DNA from: Vicugna vicugna
Lineage: Eukaryota
DNA: 64,000 nt
NCBI GenBank assembly: GCA_013265495.1
Contig: MU057744.1
Coordinates: forward strand, 1,502,356 to 1,566,355
Direction: 5' to 3'
Shown piece after piece: positions 50,840 to 63,960 of the stretch (positions within the stretch are counted from its first letter, which is position 1; every line of letters begins with the position of its first letter). The notes under the pieces are model-generated. The model was not told where the DNA came from. It made no database searches and saw only the letters and a program-made list of their open reading frames with translations. A program made the position numbers and the translations under genes.

Positions 50840-51045
50840 ATAAATATTTCTATAGTACTTGCTCTATACTTGGATTAAGTATTTTGCAACTGATAACTCA
50901 TTTAGCTGGTCTTAGGAACCCTATGAAGTACTTACTATCATCTCTCTTTTAAAGATAAGAAAACCAGAAAGGTTAAGTAGTTTGCCCTAAGTCACACAGC
51001 TAATGTGTGGTGGAGCTCAGATTTGAATCCTGACAGTCTAGCTTC
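50840..51045 (-). mobile_element. MIR SINE
   Basis: ttttaaagataagaaaacc...aggttaagtagtttgccctaagtcacacagctaatgtgtggtggagctcagatttgaatcctg. Confidence 0.8.
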
Positions 51046-51235
51046 TCTCTACCTCTTTATTTTTGTTTTATCATGTTTTTTTTTTTGCCAGTTCTTAATG
51101 TTATCCTTTAATGAATGAAGTAGAAATAGATGCTCATCAGAAAATAAGTAGAAAATTTGCAAATTTTTAGGGTATTACTTGTGCCACGCTGGGGCATATT
51201 TTAAATACTTGTCGATATGTTGATACGTTGACTTT

Positions 51236-51357
51236 TTTAATTTAAAATTTTCTATTTTTTAGAAATTTACATGTTTAAAAATAGAAGTACTGGGGATTGA
51301 ACCCAGGACCTCATGAATGCTAAGCACACACTCTACCACTGGTGTAACCTCCCACCC
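51236..51357 (-). mobile_element. tRNA-Ala-derived SINE (vic-1 type) with TSD
   Basis: gtactggggattgaacccaggacctcatgaatgctaagcacacactctaccactg; TSD gatac(g/t)ttg(a/g)cttt at 51222-51235 and 51358-51371. Confidence 0.88.
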
Positions 51358-51803
51358 GATACTTTGGCTTTATAACCCCTCCCACCCCCACCACTCCAAA
51401 AAGAAAAAAAAAGAAAGAAAAAACCAGAAACTATGGAAAACAGCAAGTCCATTTTGTTATGTAGTGATAATATAATTTGGGGGTTCTTATTCCTCTGAAT
51501 TTGGTTCAAAGGAACCTCGGTTTTCCCATCGATTGCTAAAGTTGTGCTTTCTGTGACTTTCCTCTTAATTTTTACTGCCTGGGCTGACTGCAGCAAGGAC
51601 TGTGGTGACGGGGCTGGGGTGTCACTCCTGCAGGAGTCTGGCCCTATCAGCGTGTCACTTGCATAGAGTAATCCACATCGGGGTCCCAAATCTGATGAGT
51701 TTTCTTCCTTTTGCCAGCCCTTCCCACATGATTTTCCTGACCCAGCATAACACTTCTGGGAAGATGGTACTTCAAATGATAAATATTAGAGTAGCATTTT
51801 CTT

Positions 51804-51965
51804 TAACTGAGGTGTAGTCACTTTGCCGTGTTGTGTCCATTTCTGGTGCACAGCGTGGTGTCTCCGTCATACACACACACACACATCTGTTCCTTTTCAT
51901 ACTCTTCCATTACTACAAGGTAGTGAACACAATTCCCTGTGCCCTACAGTATTAACTTGTTCAGG
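51804..51965 (-). mobile_element. Short young L1 3' fragment with TSD
   Basis: Perfect 13-bp TSD gtagcattttctt at 51791-51803 and 51966-51978. Confidence 0.88.
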
Positions 51966-53757
51966 GTAGCATTTTCTTGAGTTACGTTTTGAAAATAAGC
52001 CTCTTTGAGCCAAGAAGTGACCATGACTGGACCCTGTGCCTGTCAGTGCCTTGCTCACCAGTGTCTGGATGAAGAGAAGCCAGCCTGACGGGAGGCCTGC
52101 TTACGTGGTCGATTAGTGTCACTCTGAGGCCCCGACACTGCCCTTGCTGCTATCAAGGTCTCGTTTGGCTGGCGGGCCCTGGTCCTGACAGCTGTCTGTT
52201 TTCTACCCTAACAGTTCTGGGCAGATACGTTGATTTGGAGCTTCTGATGAGATGCACGCTTGTCAGCTCAGACCAGAATAGCGCAGTGATTCTCTGCTGC
52301 GAAGTCTCATTTGTGCTTTTTCAGGCTGTTCTAGAGAAGTGGCACACAGACCGGGGCAGGGTGTCCCGCTCCTAAAACCTGACGCTCTAGGAATGAAGCT
52401 AATGATGCGTCTGCAGGTGCAGTGTGTACAGGAAACACCCTCACACCCCGCCCTCTCATCAGCGCCATCCCTGAGGTTTGCAGGAAGGGCCACCCCTCCA
52501 CATGGAGTTCTCGGTGTTCATGGGCCCCGGAGGCTGCTGACCCTCCCTCTGGCACCTGACGACTCTGCGTTGGGCTGTGGGGAAGGCTTATGACAGGCCT
52601 GCTCTGTGCTAACGTTGTCTGTCAGGTGATGGCCTGAAAGATGCATTATGTTCAGGATTAGCTCAACAACACCATTTGGGTCTGAGTGATTGTATCATTA
52701 TCTGCGGATTTGTTGTGTTGCCTGCCAGAAGACTAAAAGACAGGCCATCACAACTGGCTGGGTTTTCTCAGAGAAGGCAGTGCTGGATGAATGTGAGTGA
52801 AAGAACACGTGGGAGGGGTAAGGTTGGGGTAGACGGGAACCTTAGTGTGAGCCTAGGAGGTACTGTTGGCTATTACGAATTCGATTATACAGAAGAAATT
52901 ATTTTCATCTGAACATCATCAAAATCCTATATTTACTTGTGAACTTTGCAGTAATTCTTTCTCAAGATAGACATGCATGTGTCCTGTCGGACGTTCTTGT
53001 GACTGACGATATTCTGCCCTCATTTCTTGGTCACTCATTTCTGTTTTCAAGACTTTCTCCCACCTCGTTTTGCTGATAAACATTCGCTTAGCATAATCGA
53101 AATTTTCCCCTAGTCCGTTTCCTTTACAGATTATACACAGTGTTCCCTTTAAAAAATACCTTGTTAATGGAAAACTTGTTCCGAAAAGTACTCTTTCGGA
53201 AATTGTGAAGATAGCCATCTGCACCCTTTGAGCGTCGTTCTCGCTCGGAAGTTTTCTGTCCACTCTGATCTCTCGGCTCCGTGATAGGAGGTGCAGAAAG
53301 GCGCCAGGGCGGCAGGGGGCGAGGCGGCCAGTACTGTGAGTGCGAAAGTCTTCTGAATGAAATCGTCGCTATGGGAACAACTTTACAGAGCAACTTAATG
53401 AACGTTTTCTTAAACGATGAAGTTTTCACCATCCTTGCACCCTAGTCAACTGCATTTTGCGTGTGTGTTTAATTATAGTGCCCGTAGTTACAATCATTAT
53501 GCAGACATTTGCGTATGTTGACTTTCACGGTTAACACAGGGTCCTGTTAAATTATAAATTACATTTATAATTTAAATCCTAAATAGTTTTGTATCAAACA
53601 GACGTTCCTTACTTTATGGAATTATTCCCCTATTGTGAGCTATTTAGCTAGTGTCCATTCTTCTTCTGTTACAAATGAGGCACAGTAGTTTATTCAGAAA
53701 GCCCTTACTTGAGCACTCACCAGTCCACTGTCAGATGCTTTTCTGGTCGTTGTATTG

Positions 53758-54825
53758 TTTTCAATTGAAGTATAGTTGACTTACAATGTTGTGTTAGATT
53801 CGGGAGCACAGCAAAGTGATTCACTTATACATATACATATATAAATTCTTTTTCATATTCTTTTCCATTGTAGGTTATTACAAGATACTGAGTATAGTTC
53901 CCTGTGCTGCACAGCGGAGTCTTGTTGTTTATCTGTTATATATATATTGTAGTGTGTATACATTAATCCCAGACTCCTAATTTATCCCTTCGCCCTCACC
54001 CCTCTTCCATCTGGTGACCATAAGTTTGTTTTCTGTGTCTGTGAGTCTACTTCTGGTTTGTAAATAAGTTCATTTCTGTCATTTTTTTTAGATTCCACAT
54101 ATAGGAGATATCATATGATATTTGTCTTTGTCTGACTTAACTTCTTTTATATGATAATCTCTAGGTCCATCCATGTTGCTGCAAATGACATTATTTCATT
54201 CTTTTTTATGGCTGAGTAATATTCCATTTTTTATATACGTATACACACCCACACACACCCACACACACATCTTCTTAATCCAGTCATCTGTTGATGGACA
54301 TTTAGGTTGCTTCTGTGTCTTGGCTGTTGTAAATAGTGCTGCTATGAACATTGGGGTGTAGGTGTCTTTTTGAGTTAGAGTTCCCTCCAGATATATGCCT
54401 GGGAGTGGGATTGCTAGATCATATGGTAACTCTATTTTTCAGTTTTGAAGGAACCTCCATAGTGGCTGCACCAATTTACATTCTTACCAACAGTGTGGGA
54501 GGGTTCTTTTTCTCCATACCCTCTCCAGCATTTATCCTTTACAGACTTTTGAATGATGGCCAGTCTGACTGGTGTGAGGTGATACCTCATTGTAGTTTTC
54601 ATTTGTGTTTCTCTAATAGTTAGTGATGTTGAGCATCTTTTCATGTGCCTGTTGGCCATCTGGATGTCTTCATTGGAGAAATGTCTGCTTAGGTCTTCTG
54701 CCCATTTATTGATTGGGTCATTTGTTTTTCTGTTATTGAGGTGGATGAGCTGTTTATATATTTTGGAAATTAATCCCTTGTCAGTCTCATCATTTGCAAA
54801 TATTTTCTCCCATGCTGTAGGTTGG
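53758..54825 (-). mobile_element. Young L1 fragment (~1.07 kb; ORF2 C-terminus plus 3' UTR)
   Basis: ORF 54432..54659 ([13 protein letters not shown]...[13 protein letters not shown]...KCWRG) is the ORF2p C-terminal region. Confidence 0.95.
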
Positions 54826-57800
54826 ACATTTTTTGTTTTTAATGGAAGAAGCCAAACATTTGAAAGACCTGTGGTGATGAATTCTGTGGGAATAGCTGTT
54901 ATGGGAAAAGTAGTTTTTGTGAAGTAGTTTATGTTAATTTACCCAACTGCATTTGCTGACTATCCTTTCTAAACTCTTCTAACATGAATTATAGAAAAAC
55001 ATCCGTTTATTATTGGTGGCATCCACACACCCTAAAAGATTCCCATCCTTTTCAGCTTTGTACGTGATTAGGTTGCACTGCTGGTCTCCTGAGAGTCTGT
55101 GCAGGGAGGTTCTGGGGCCCCCGGGTGCTGTTGGACAGAGGAGCTGCCCCCAACCCAAGCAGACTCTGGTGTCAGCAGCCCCGCCTGATCGCTGAGTGAG
55201 GCAGAGCCGGGACCACCAGGGCCAAAGTTCCAGAGTTCCTCAGAGACTGGAGACTTCTTAACTGATTTTCTTAATTTCCGGGGCTATGATACCTTCGCAG
55301 CCCTTGTGTGGTTTTGTGGATGTTTCTGTTGGAAATTGTGGGAGAGCCAGTGCAGTTTACTGAGTTGGTTCTCGTCAGACAGAGAGATCTACACACGTTG
55401 AGGGGGTGGGTCTGAGTCAGTGCGGCGTTCGGGTTCAGCCGCGGCCTGGGGGACCGCCGAGGGCGGCGGGTGGTGCTCCCGGAGGCCGGCACAGCCTGGG
55501 ATGCACTTGTGCAGTTCTCCCCGCTGGAGTAGGGCACAGAAACTTCCAGCTTTGCCTGGTCCACAGACCGCACAGTTCTGGGCTCACCAGGCAGGGAGGC
55601 TAGGAATCGGTGTGCTCTTCAAGCCATCCGTCTGAGCCTGGCAGCTTCGCGTTTGTACCCTGAATAGTCCGCTGACATTTTCAGAGTTCACGTTCTCTCA
55701 GTGAGGGAATGAAGCCTTTCGGAAGACTTGCTGGAGCTCTCATGGCTAGTACGTGGTATGGCTGGGACGAAAACCTGGTTTTCCCTAAGCCACGTCTAGT
55801 ACTTTTCCACCACAGTACCAGCTCTTGAACCAAACTACTAAATCACTTATTCTTCCAGAAGGCAGTTTCATTGCCATAGGTTTATTCTTTGCTTTGTCAT
55901 TTATCCTTTTGACAGATCTGAACCTTGACTGCCCCACTTTTAAGAAACATCAGCAGTGCCACGCTGGCTTTACCTGAGTGTCGGGGTGCTTTCAGTGTGC
56001 ACTGAGTAACTGCGGCCTGTGTTTAAGAGTATTCTCAGAGACTCCTCCCCGCCTTCATTTCGCTCCAGCTAGCATGATTCAGTGCTCCTGAGGATGGCTG
56101 ATAAGGGAAGTGTCACCTTTCATGTGGGACATACTTCAGATAAAATTCATGATGAAAACAAATGCAGTTAATTAGAAGAGGGACATCAGATAGATAAATG
56201 AGCTATTTGAAGTCAGATTTGCACAGAGCAACAAAGATATTTGCAGATTTCATGGTAGTGCCGTCTTAAATCTGTTTGGCAGATGACTAAGCATTAAAAA
56301 ATTGCAGACATCTGTCTTTCTTGTTTTTGAATGTTTCTTTCAGTGTTTTGTTGTTTACAAAGAATGTTCTTTGGAAAAAGTTCAGAAAATACTAAAAACA
56401 ATACAGAGGAAATTAGGTTCACTGTTAACCCTGTAATCTAGAGGTAAGTTACCCCATGCTCCTTTTTTTATACTCTGCATAGTTTCTTTCCTCATGTAAC
56501 ACTACGTTGTGAATATGTTTGCTGGACATTAATAAAATCAGTTATCTACGAACAGTTTTGATGACTTTATAGTGTTCTAATGTATTCATCCTCCTCTTCA
56601 TGAACATTGAAGAGCTCCTGAGTTTTCACCATTATAAATAGTATTACAGGGAACGCCCTGTTACATGCACCTTTGTGAACATGTTAAATTCCTGTCTTAG
56701 GAAAAATTCCTAGAAATAGCATCGCTGGATCAAAGGCATGCACGTCTCGAAGTCTTTTGAAACGTGTGTACCCAGGAGTTTGACATTAGAGATTTTACAA
56801 GGACTGGCAGTTCTTGAGCAGGAGAAAGAAAATGTTCCAAGCAGTGTGAAGTCAGCTCAGGGAAGGTGACCGTATTTGTGGTTTAAGTTTATTCTGTTCT
56901 GTACCTTCATTGCACCCAGGAAGTGAGCCAGCAATCCCAGGGGAAAGTAACCTGGAATACAGTTTATTTTTCCACAATCATTTCGAAGAACTTTCCGGGA
57001 GGAAAATCTGTAGCATCATCAAGAGTTGCGTGAAGTAGCGCTTTTCCTGTAAAGGGTGGTTCATCAGCCCGTGGTGTCCGAGGCCCGGCTGGTTCCCTGG
57101 GCACCTGTAACTCCGTGCTTAAAAGAGAACATCATCACTCTTACAGCGTGACTCACCAAGTAAAATTAAACTAATGTCTGTCTCTCATCTGCGATCATCT
57201 TGCCAGCTCTCCCCACCAGCACTTTCTTTAACCTGGTTTTAGGTCCCGGTGTTTGTCAAGTCATTTTTAATCCTATATTTACAAACCCTTTACTGTGTTT
57301 TAGTTGCCTTCTCTGAGTGCATTTAACATTTCTGGCTTTAAAATACCCTTCCGATTCTTTTTGCATTTATTGTGTAAAAATTTAACTAGAAATTAAAAGT
57401 TTAGGCAAATAGCATTTCCCATTGACATTGTTTTACCTTTAAAGTTGCCATATTGCTGCCATTTTTAATCCTTTTCACGCGAAAATCAAAAGCTGGATGG
57501 AGAAAATACGCTAGATTTTAAATTCAGAAAATGCAGTAGCCAAGGCTCATGTCACGCTCCATCCCACAGTCATTTTTGGTAGTTCGTAAACCTACAGTTC
57601 AGGAGCATATTCGGTACAGAGAACCAAGACGTATCTTAAAATCGTGCGGGTGCTGTGTTTGCAAGGTCGGAGCCCCTTAGGTATTGATTCGCACTCGTGT
57701 AACTCTCTAGCTTGTTTGTCTGGTTTCCAGCAGGGGCATATATTTAATATTTATCATTCTTCTCTTCTAAACAAACTAAGATGCTGTACATGAGGGTTCT

Positions 57801-58445
57801 TGTTCACCGGTACTTCTGAATCATATGGAGTATTTTTCTTCTCGTGTTTATGTCGCGGTGTTTTCCTCCCATGTAGGCAGGGCCCTGCCCCCCCCCACAT
57901 TCAGCCCGCCGCGCGGGCTGTTGCCAGAGTTTCCTATTTTAATGAATTAACATTTAAGTAGAAGTATGGGCTGAACTTCACAGATTCTTTCTTGAAAGTC
58001 CTCTGAATAGGTTCCATTTTATTCTAGTAATTGTATTATTAGGATTGTGTTAGGTCACGAAATGAAAGGAATTAATAGTCTGAAACTGTCGTCACAGTGT
58101 TATCTCATGCCCGTATTACTAGTACTTCGGTTTGTGCAGGTTAAGAAGCCAGTATTTGCAAATTTAGATAAGTGTAAATTTTAAAAATAAATTAAAAAAG
58201 GAAAGAACACGTTATTTCATTGTCAGAACAAATCCTGTAACAGCATATGGGATGAAAAATATTAGCCCCATAGGATCATGTTTTAGGACCTCTTGCCTTC
58301 AGCTTAATTTTGCTTTTGATTTTTGAAGACTTTTCTGGTTCATAGATGAAGTTTAGGTTCCATACAACATCTGATTCTGTATCTTTTCCACTTACATACC
58401 TGTTTCAGTTGATACATTAAATGTAACACTTAGCCTTGAATACTG

Positions 58446-59182
58446 TTTTTTTAAAACATTTTAAAATTGATTTATAATCATTTTACAATGTTGTGTCAAA
58501 TTCCAGTGTAGAGCACAATTTTTCAGCTATACATGAACATACATACATTCATTGTCACATTTTTTTTCTCTGTGAGCTACCATAAGATCTTGTATATATT
58601 TCCCTGTGCTATACAGTATAATCTTGTTTATCTATTCTACAATTTTGAAATCCCAGTCTATCTCTTCCCACCCTTGGCAACCACAAATTTGTATTCTATT
58701 TCTGTGAGACTATTTCTGTTTTGTATTTATGCTTTGTTTGTTTTTTTTTTAGATTCCACATATGAGTGATCTCATATGGTATTTTTCTTTCTCTTTTTGG
58801 TTTACTTCACTTAGAATGACATTCTCCAGGAGCATCCATGTTGCTGCAAATGGCGTTATGTTGTCAGTTTTTATGGCTGAATAGTATTCCATTGTATAAA
58901 TATAACACTTCTTCTTTATCCAGTCATCTGTTGATGGGCATTTAGGCTGTTTCCATGGCTTGGCTATTGTAAATAGTGCTGCTATGAACATTGGGGTGCA
59001 GGTGTCTCTTTGAACTTGGTTCCTTCTGGATATATGTCCAGAAGTGGGATTCCTGGGTCATATGGTAAGTCTATTCCTAGTCTTTTGAGAAATCTCCACA
59101 CTGGTTTCCACAGTGGCTGCACCAAACTGTATTCCCACCATCAGTGAAGGAGGGTTCCCTTTTCTCTGCAGTCTCTCCAGCA
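58446..59182 (-). mobile_element. Young L1 fragment (gtagagcacaatttttcag subfamily)
   Basis: ORF 58749..58991 ([27 protein letters not shown]) is the ORF2p end; aatactg on both flanks (58439-58445 and 59183-59189). Confidence 0.95.
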
Positions 59183-61283
59183 AATACTGGGTTTAAAAAA
59201 AAAATTCTCTTCTTTTTTCAAAAAAATCAATAAAATGATAAAATACTTGAGGAACCTAAGATATAATCTGGAAAAATGAAGATTCTGAACTTTAGGTGGG
59301 GGATACATTGATTGTATCTTTTAAAAGCTAGAATGTATTTAATACCTTATTTAGAGATTGCAGTTTGAAGTGTTTACTGTAGGGCCCGGAGTAGCACATA
59401 CTCAGCCAGGGGTGGCCCGGGGCCCTGCGCATGGCAGGTACTCAGTTAGTGTTTGAACATAAAGGACTGCGCCCCAGATCTCTCCTGCTCCTCCAGGGTG
59501 CCCGAAAGACCAGCTCCTGGACATCACAGTGTTGAGTCTCTAACAGGAAGAAGGGCTCTTGCACAGCCGGTGCAGGGCTGGTGGGGTGAGCCCTGTCGGA
59601 CCTCTGCCCGGGAGCGCCGACCCTGGGGAGGCTTCCCCAGTGGAGACCTTCTCTGGCAGGTCACGAGCACCCTGGACAGAGATGTGGCCTTCGAAAGGGG
59701 AGTGATGCGGCTCCTCTTCAGGCACCACTCTGACACGTCTTATTGCTTGTTTTCTCTTTCAGAGGAATCTTTTAGGATCGTGGCTCTCATCCTCTGCTCA
59801 GTGTGTTGCAGGTTCCTGTGACATTGTAGTAAAACCTTCTCCTCTGTGGGGACTCGGGCTTTGGGTGGCTTTTTGATCTACCTGTCTTCTCGATGGTAGA
59901 GTTTAAAGACATTTTTTCTGTACCGTGGATGGAAAGTGAGATGTACTTAAGTGCCCACAGGAATATTTGGGAAGATTTGGTTCGGGACACCACCTGGTCC
60001 TAAGCAAGGGCCTTAGGCAGTGGTTGAAAGTGGAGGCACGGCCGTCAGCTGGGCTGGCTTGGAACCTGGCTGCAGGCCACACGCTGACCAGGCAGTCGGG
60101 CCTGTTACTTCCCTGGGCCTCCGTCTTCTCCGTCTGATGACTTACAGGACTGCAGAGCGCTTCGGCTGCGTCTGGCGCGTGGGGAGGTGAGAAAGTGCGT
60201 GGAAATCCCACGGCGCGGGCTCAGGCGGAAGGCGTTGTGTCCGGGGATGAAATGGGAACGGGACCTCGCATTCCCATCAGCGGGGACCTCTGTCCTCTCG
60301 GGTGCTCCGTGGGTCCCACTGAGAGAGAGCGGATGTGTACTCCGTGGTCTGCATGCAGAGGCTTGGCTGCACTGGCTTGACTCAAAGGGCTTATTAACTG
60401 TGGCATTCCGAATGAGAAATAATAGTTAACAGGGCAAGGGAATTAATGGCGAAATTTAAAACCACTTAGTGACTAATGACCTGGTGGCCTGTGACGTCTG
60501 CCTTGCCATTGCAGGGGCCTGTCCCACTACCGTTTCTAAGTTATTCACAGGCCGCTTGGATGCTTTCTGTTACACGTCCATTTTTCATCTTTGCTCTTCC
60601 ATTCAGGAAACATCAATAGGATTTTAATAATTCCCTGTCATCTCTGGAGAGATAAATAAGATCACAGATTATTAGGGTAATTTTTCATTTTGGTGGCGGG
60701 TAAACATGAAGAGGACTCCTTTTTGAATGAGAACTGGAGCTTATTGATTATGATTACAGGATTAATATGAAACGACTCAGATGTTTCCATGCTCCTGGGT
60801 TCTGTTCCAGTGCCGCTGGAGACGGACCCAGGACGACTGTTAGCTAGGGGTATGTGCCGATTATGGGACACCTGCTGTCTCGCACGAGCTTCTCGGTGTC
60901 GGGGTTTTATAGCTGGGGAAATGCAGGCTAGTGGAGGTGGAACAACTACCCGAGATGATGCAGGTGTCACCTCCTAAGTGCATTTTCCTTTCTGCACACT
61001 TTGCAAATCAAGGCTTTTGATAGAACTGGCTGCTTCTAAAGAAGTAAAATGTTCAACTTTAGTAAAATCTGACCTTTTGCAGGAGGCAGCTCGCTGTGAT
61101 AAATTGGGCATTTGAGTCCTAGAGTCAAGTGCTGGGTTATGGGAATGAAATTACATAATGTATATAAGGTGTCTAGACAGGATCTGTCACACACTCAGTG
61201 TTTCCTCTTCATGTGACCTCAGGCTTTGGGTGCGGTGCCCACCATCCAGTGACTGCAGCAATCAAGAAAAGAAGCAGGTAGAA

Positions 61284-61407
61284 GGCAGGGTGTAGCTCAG
61301 TGGTGGAGCATGTGCTTAGCATGCTCGAGGTCCTGGATTCAATCCCCAGTCACTCCATTAAATAAATAAATAAAACTAATTACCACCCCCACCCCCCAAA
61401 AAAAGAA
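61284..61407 (+). mobile_element. tRNA-Ala-derived SINE (vic-1 type)
   Basis: gggtgtagctcagtggtggagcatgtgcttagcatgctcgaggtcctggattcaatccccagt is tRNA-Ala(AGC)-like with A and B boxes, followed by (taaa)n, a C-run and an A tail. Confidence 0.9.
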
Positions 61408-61449
61408 CCAACCAGCCAAACAAAAATGTGATTTAAAAAGGAGAACAAG

Positions 61450-62211
61450 CTGGTAACTATTAGAGAAATACAGATCAAAACTGCAGTGTAGATCACCTCA
61501 CACCAGCCAGAATGGCCATCATTCAAAAGTCCACAAACGATAAATGCTGGAGAGGGTGTGGAGAAAAGGGAGCCTCCTACACTGCTGAGGGGAATGCAGT
61601 TTGGTGCAGCCACTGTGGAAAATAGTATGGAGGTTCCTTAAAAAACTGGAAATAGACTACCACATGATCCAGCAATCCCACTCCTGGGCATATATCCGGA
61701 AGCAACTCTAATTCGAAAAGACACACACACCCCAATGTTCATAGCAGCACTATTTACAACCAAGACATGGAAACAACCTAAGTGTCCATTGACAGATGAC
61801 TGGATAAAGAAGCTGTGGTATATTTATACAATGGAATACTACTCAGCCATAAAAATAATGAAATAATGCCATTTGGAGCAACATGGATGGATCTAGAGAT
61901 TATCATACTATGTGAAGTAAGTCAGAAAGAGCAAGACAAATACCCTATGATATCACTTAGATGAGGAATCTAAAATATGATACAAGTGAATTTATTTACA
62001 AAACAGAAACAGACTCACAGACATAGAAAACAAACTTACAGTTGCCAAAGGAGAAATAGAGTGGGGAGAGACAAATTAGGAGTTTGGGATTTGCAGATAT
62101 AAACTACTATATATAAAATAGATAAACAACAAGGTCCTACTGTACAGCACAGGGAACTATATTCAGTGTCTTGTAATAACCTATAATGAAAAAGAACATG
62201 AAAAGAAAAAA
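61450..62211 (+). mobile_element. Young L1 fragment, 3'-truncated, with TSD
   Basis: Sense L1 ORF2 end and 3' UTR; gagaacaag at 61441-61449 and 62212-62220. Confidence 0.92.
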
Positions 62212-62274
62212 GAGAACAAGTGAGGGCAGCAGAGGTGAGTCTGAGTATGACATTCTCTAACTTTGGGCGGTAGA

Positions 62275-62720
62275 CCAGTTGGGGTGCTTTTGGCTGCAAG
62301 TAAGAGACTCTTATTTCCAAATGCCTGATACCAAGGGAATTTATTTACCGTACAGTCTGGAGGTAGAGCTTGTTGGCTGATCCAGGTGGTCCATCTCTCT
62401 GCTCTGCTCCGCTTGATGTTGGTCCAACCATCTTGTAACTCATAGCAAGTTAGCTACAGGACTCGAGGCATCGCATCCAGACGTGACAATGGCCAGAGGA
62501 GGAGAAAAACCATTTATCCTTGTGGCCCTTTCCTGGTAGCGCAGAACATTTCCCCAGAACCCTTTTCCCCAGGAGACTTCTCTTATGTCTCATTAACCAG
62601 AGAATGGTCAAATGCCCATTCCTGAAATAATCAGTGACAAAGTGAAAGTAACCTCTGCAGCGCAGAGTCGGGGGGGCCCCTTGAGGCACACGGATACGTG
62701 CACAAAACTGAGATCCTGGA
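62275..62720 (-). mobile_element. Old MaLR LTR (MLT1J/K/L-like)
   Basis: cagttggggtgcttttggctgcaagtaagaga...gacttctcttatgtctcattaaccagaga resembles an antisense old MLT1. Confidence 0.6.
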
Positions 62721-62965
62721 GAAAGGGAGGAGGAGGGAAGGGATGCGACTCTCCTCTCTAAGCCTTTACGTCCTCCTGCTTAAATTAAATGCAGGAGCAC
62801 AACACGCACTCACATGGTTGTCAAACGAGGCACACACCGAAGGCCAGCATCGGAACAGGGCTAACTGGGAATCTGAGAGCGCATGAAACCAGGGCTGCAA
62901 GTTCCAGCCTCCGCTTACACTGAGTTACTTAAAGCTGTGCTTTTTTTTTTCCTTCCATTTCGGAG

Positions 62966-63386
62966 TTTTTTATTTATTTATTTTTAATTGAAGTCTAGTC
63001 AGTTTGCAATGTTGTGTCAATTTCTGGTGTACAGCATAGTGTTTCAGTCATCTGTAAACATAGATATATTCCTTTTCATATTCTCTTTCATTATAGGTTA
63101 CTACAAGGTATTTAATATAGTTCCCTGTGCTGTGCAGTAGGAACTTGTTTATCTATTTTATATATAGTAGTTTGTATCTGCAAATCCCAAACGCCTAATT
63201 TATCCCTTTCCCGTCTTTCCCATTTGGTAACCGTAAGGTTGTTTTCTATGTCTGTGAGTCTGTTTTGGTTTTGTAAATAAGTTCATTTGTGTCATTTTTT
63301 AAGATTCCACACATGAGCGATCTCATATGGCATTTGTCTTTCTCTTTCTGGCTGACTTCACTCAGAATGGCGATCTCCAGGTCAGC
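62966..63386 (-). mobile_element. Young L1 3' fragment
   Basis: aattgaagtctagtcagtttgcaatgttgtgtcaatttctggtgtacagcatag...gatctccaggtc. Confidence 0.9.
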
Positions 63387-63782
63387 CCTTTCAGATCTGG
63401 GGAACTTTTCCTAATAGTCCAGCAGTGACAGCATTTTCCAACCCGAACTTCTAGTTCTTCCTCAGAGCATTGCTTTCAGGATAAATGTGAGGGCAGGTTG
63501 TCTTGAGTTACTTTGGGTCCACATTTTACTTGAGATCTTTTTCCTTTGTTATACATACAAGTCAGCTTATATATACAAGTCGGTAAAATGCCACAAGTTT
63601 TGTGAGAACTAAGAAAGCTACATCCTCTAGTTTAATAACAGAAAAAGTTAAGACAAGGAAAAAGGTCAGCAGTGTTCAGCGTTCTGCTGAATTCTCTGTT
63701 TCTGGCACCTATTTCTCCAGGTTAGAAGATGAGAATTCCAGCAGGCACCTTGTCCCACCACGACAGGGTGGACTTAAAAAAA

Positions 63783-63960
63783 TTTTTTTTCTTTTTTTTT
63801 TTATTGAAGTCTAGTCAGTTTATAATGTGTCAGTGTCTGGTGCACAGCTCACGTTTCAGTCATACATGTACACACATGTGTTCCTTTTCTTAGTCTTTTT
63901 TGTTTTAGGTTGCTGTAAGATATTGAATCTAGCTCCCCGTGCTGTACAGAAGAAACCTGT
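63783..63960 (-). mobile_element. Young L1 3' fragment
   Basis: Poly-T, then attgaagtctagtcagtttataatgtgtcag...gctccccgtgctgtacag. Confidence 0.85.

Noticed and set aside
59763..59935. Candidate exon after a strong acceptor (ttttctctttcag)
   Set aside because: Only weak, ambiguous donors (59895, 59935) and in-frame stops; insufficient support.
61284..61358. tRNA-Ala gene
   Set aside because: Acceptor stem and T-arm are mismatched, it is followed by a SINE tail, and four similar decayed copies occur in the window.
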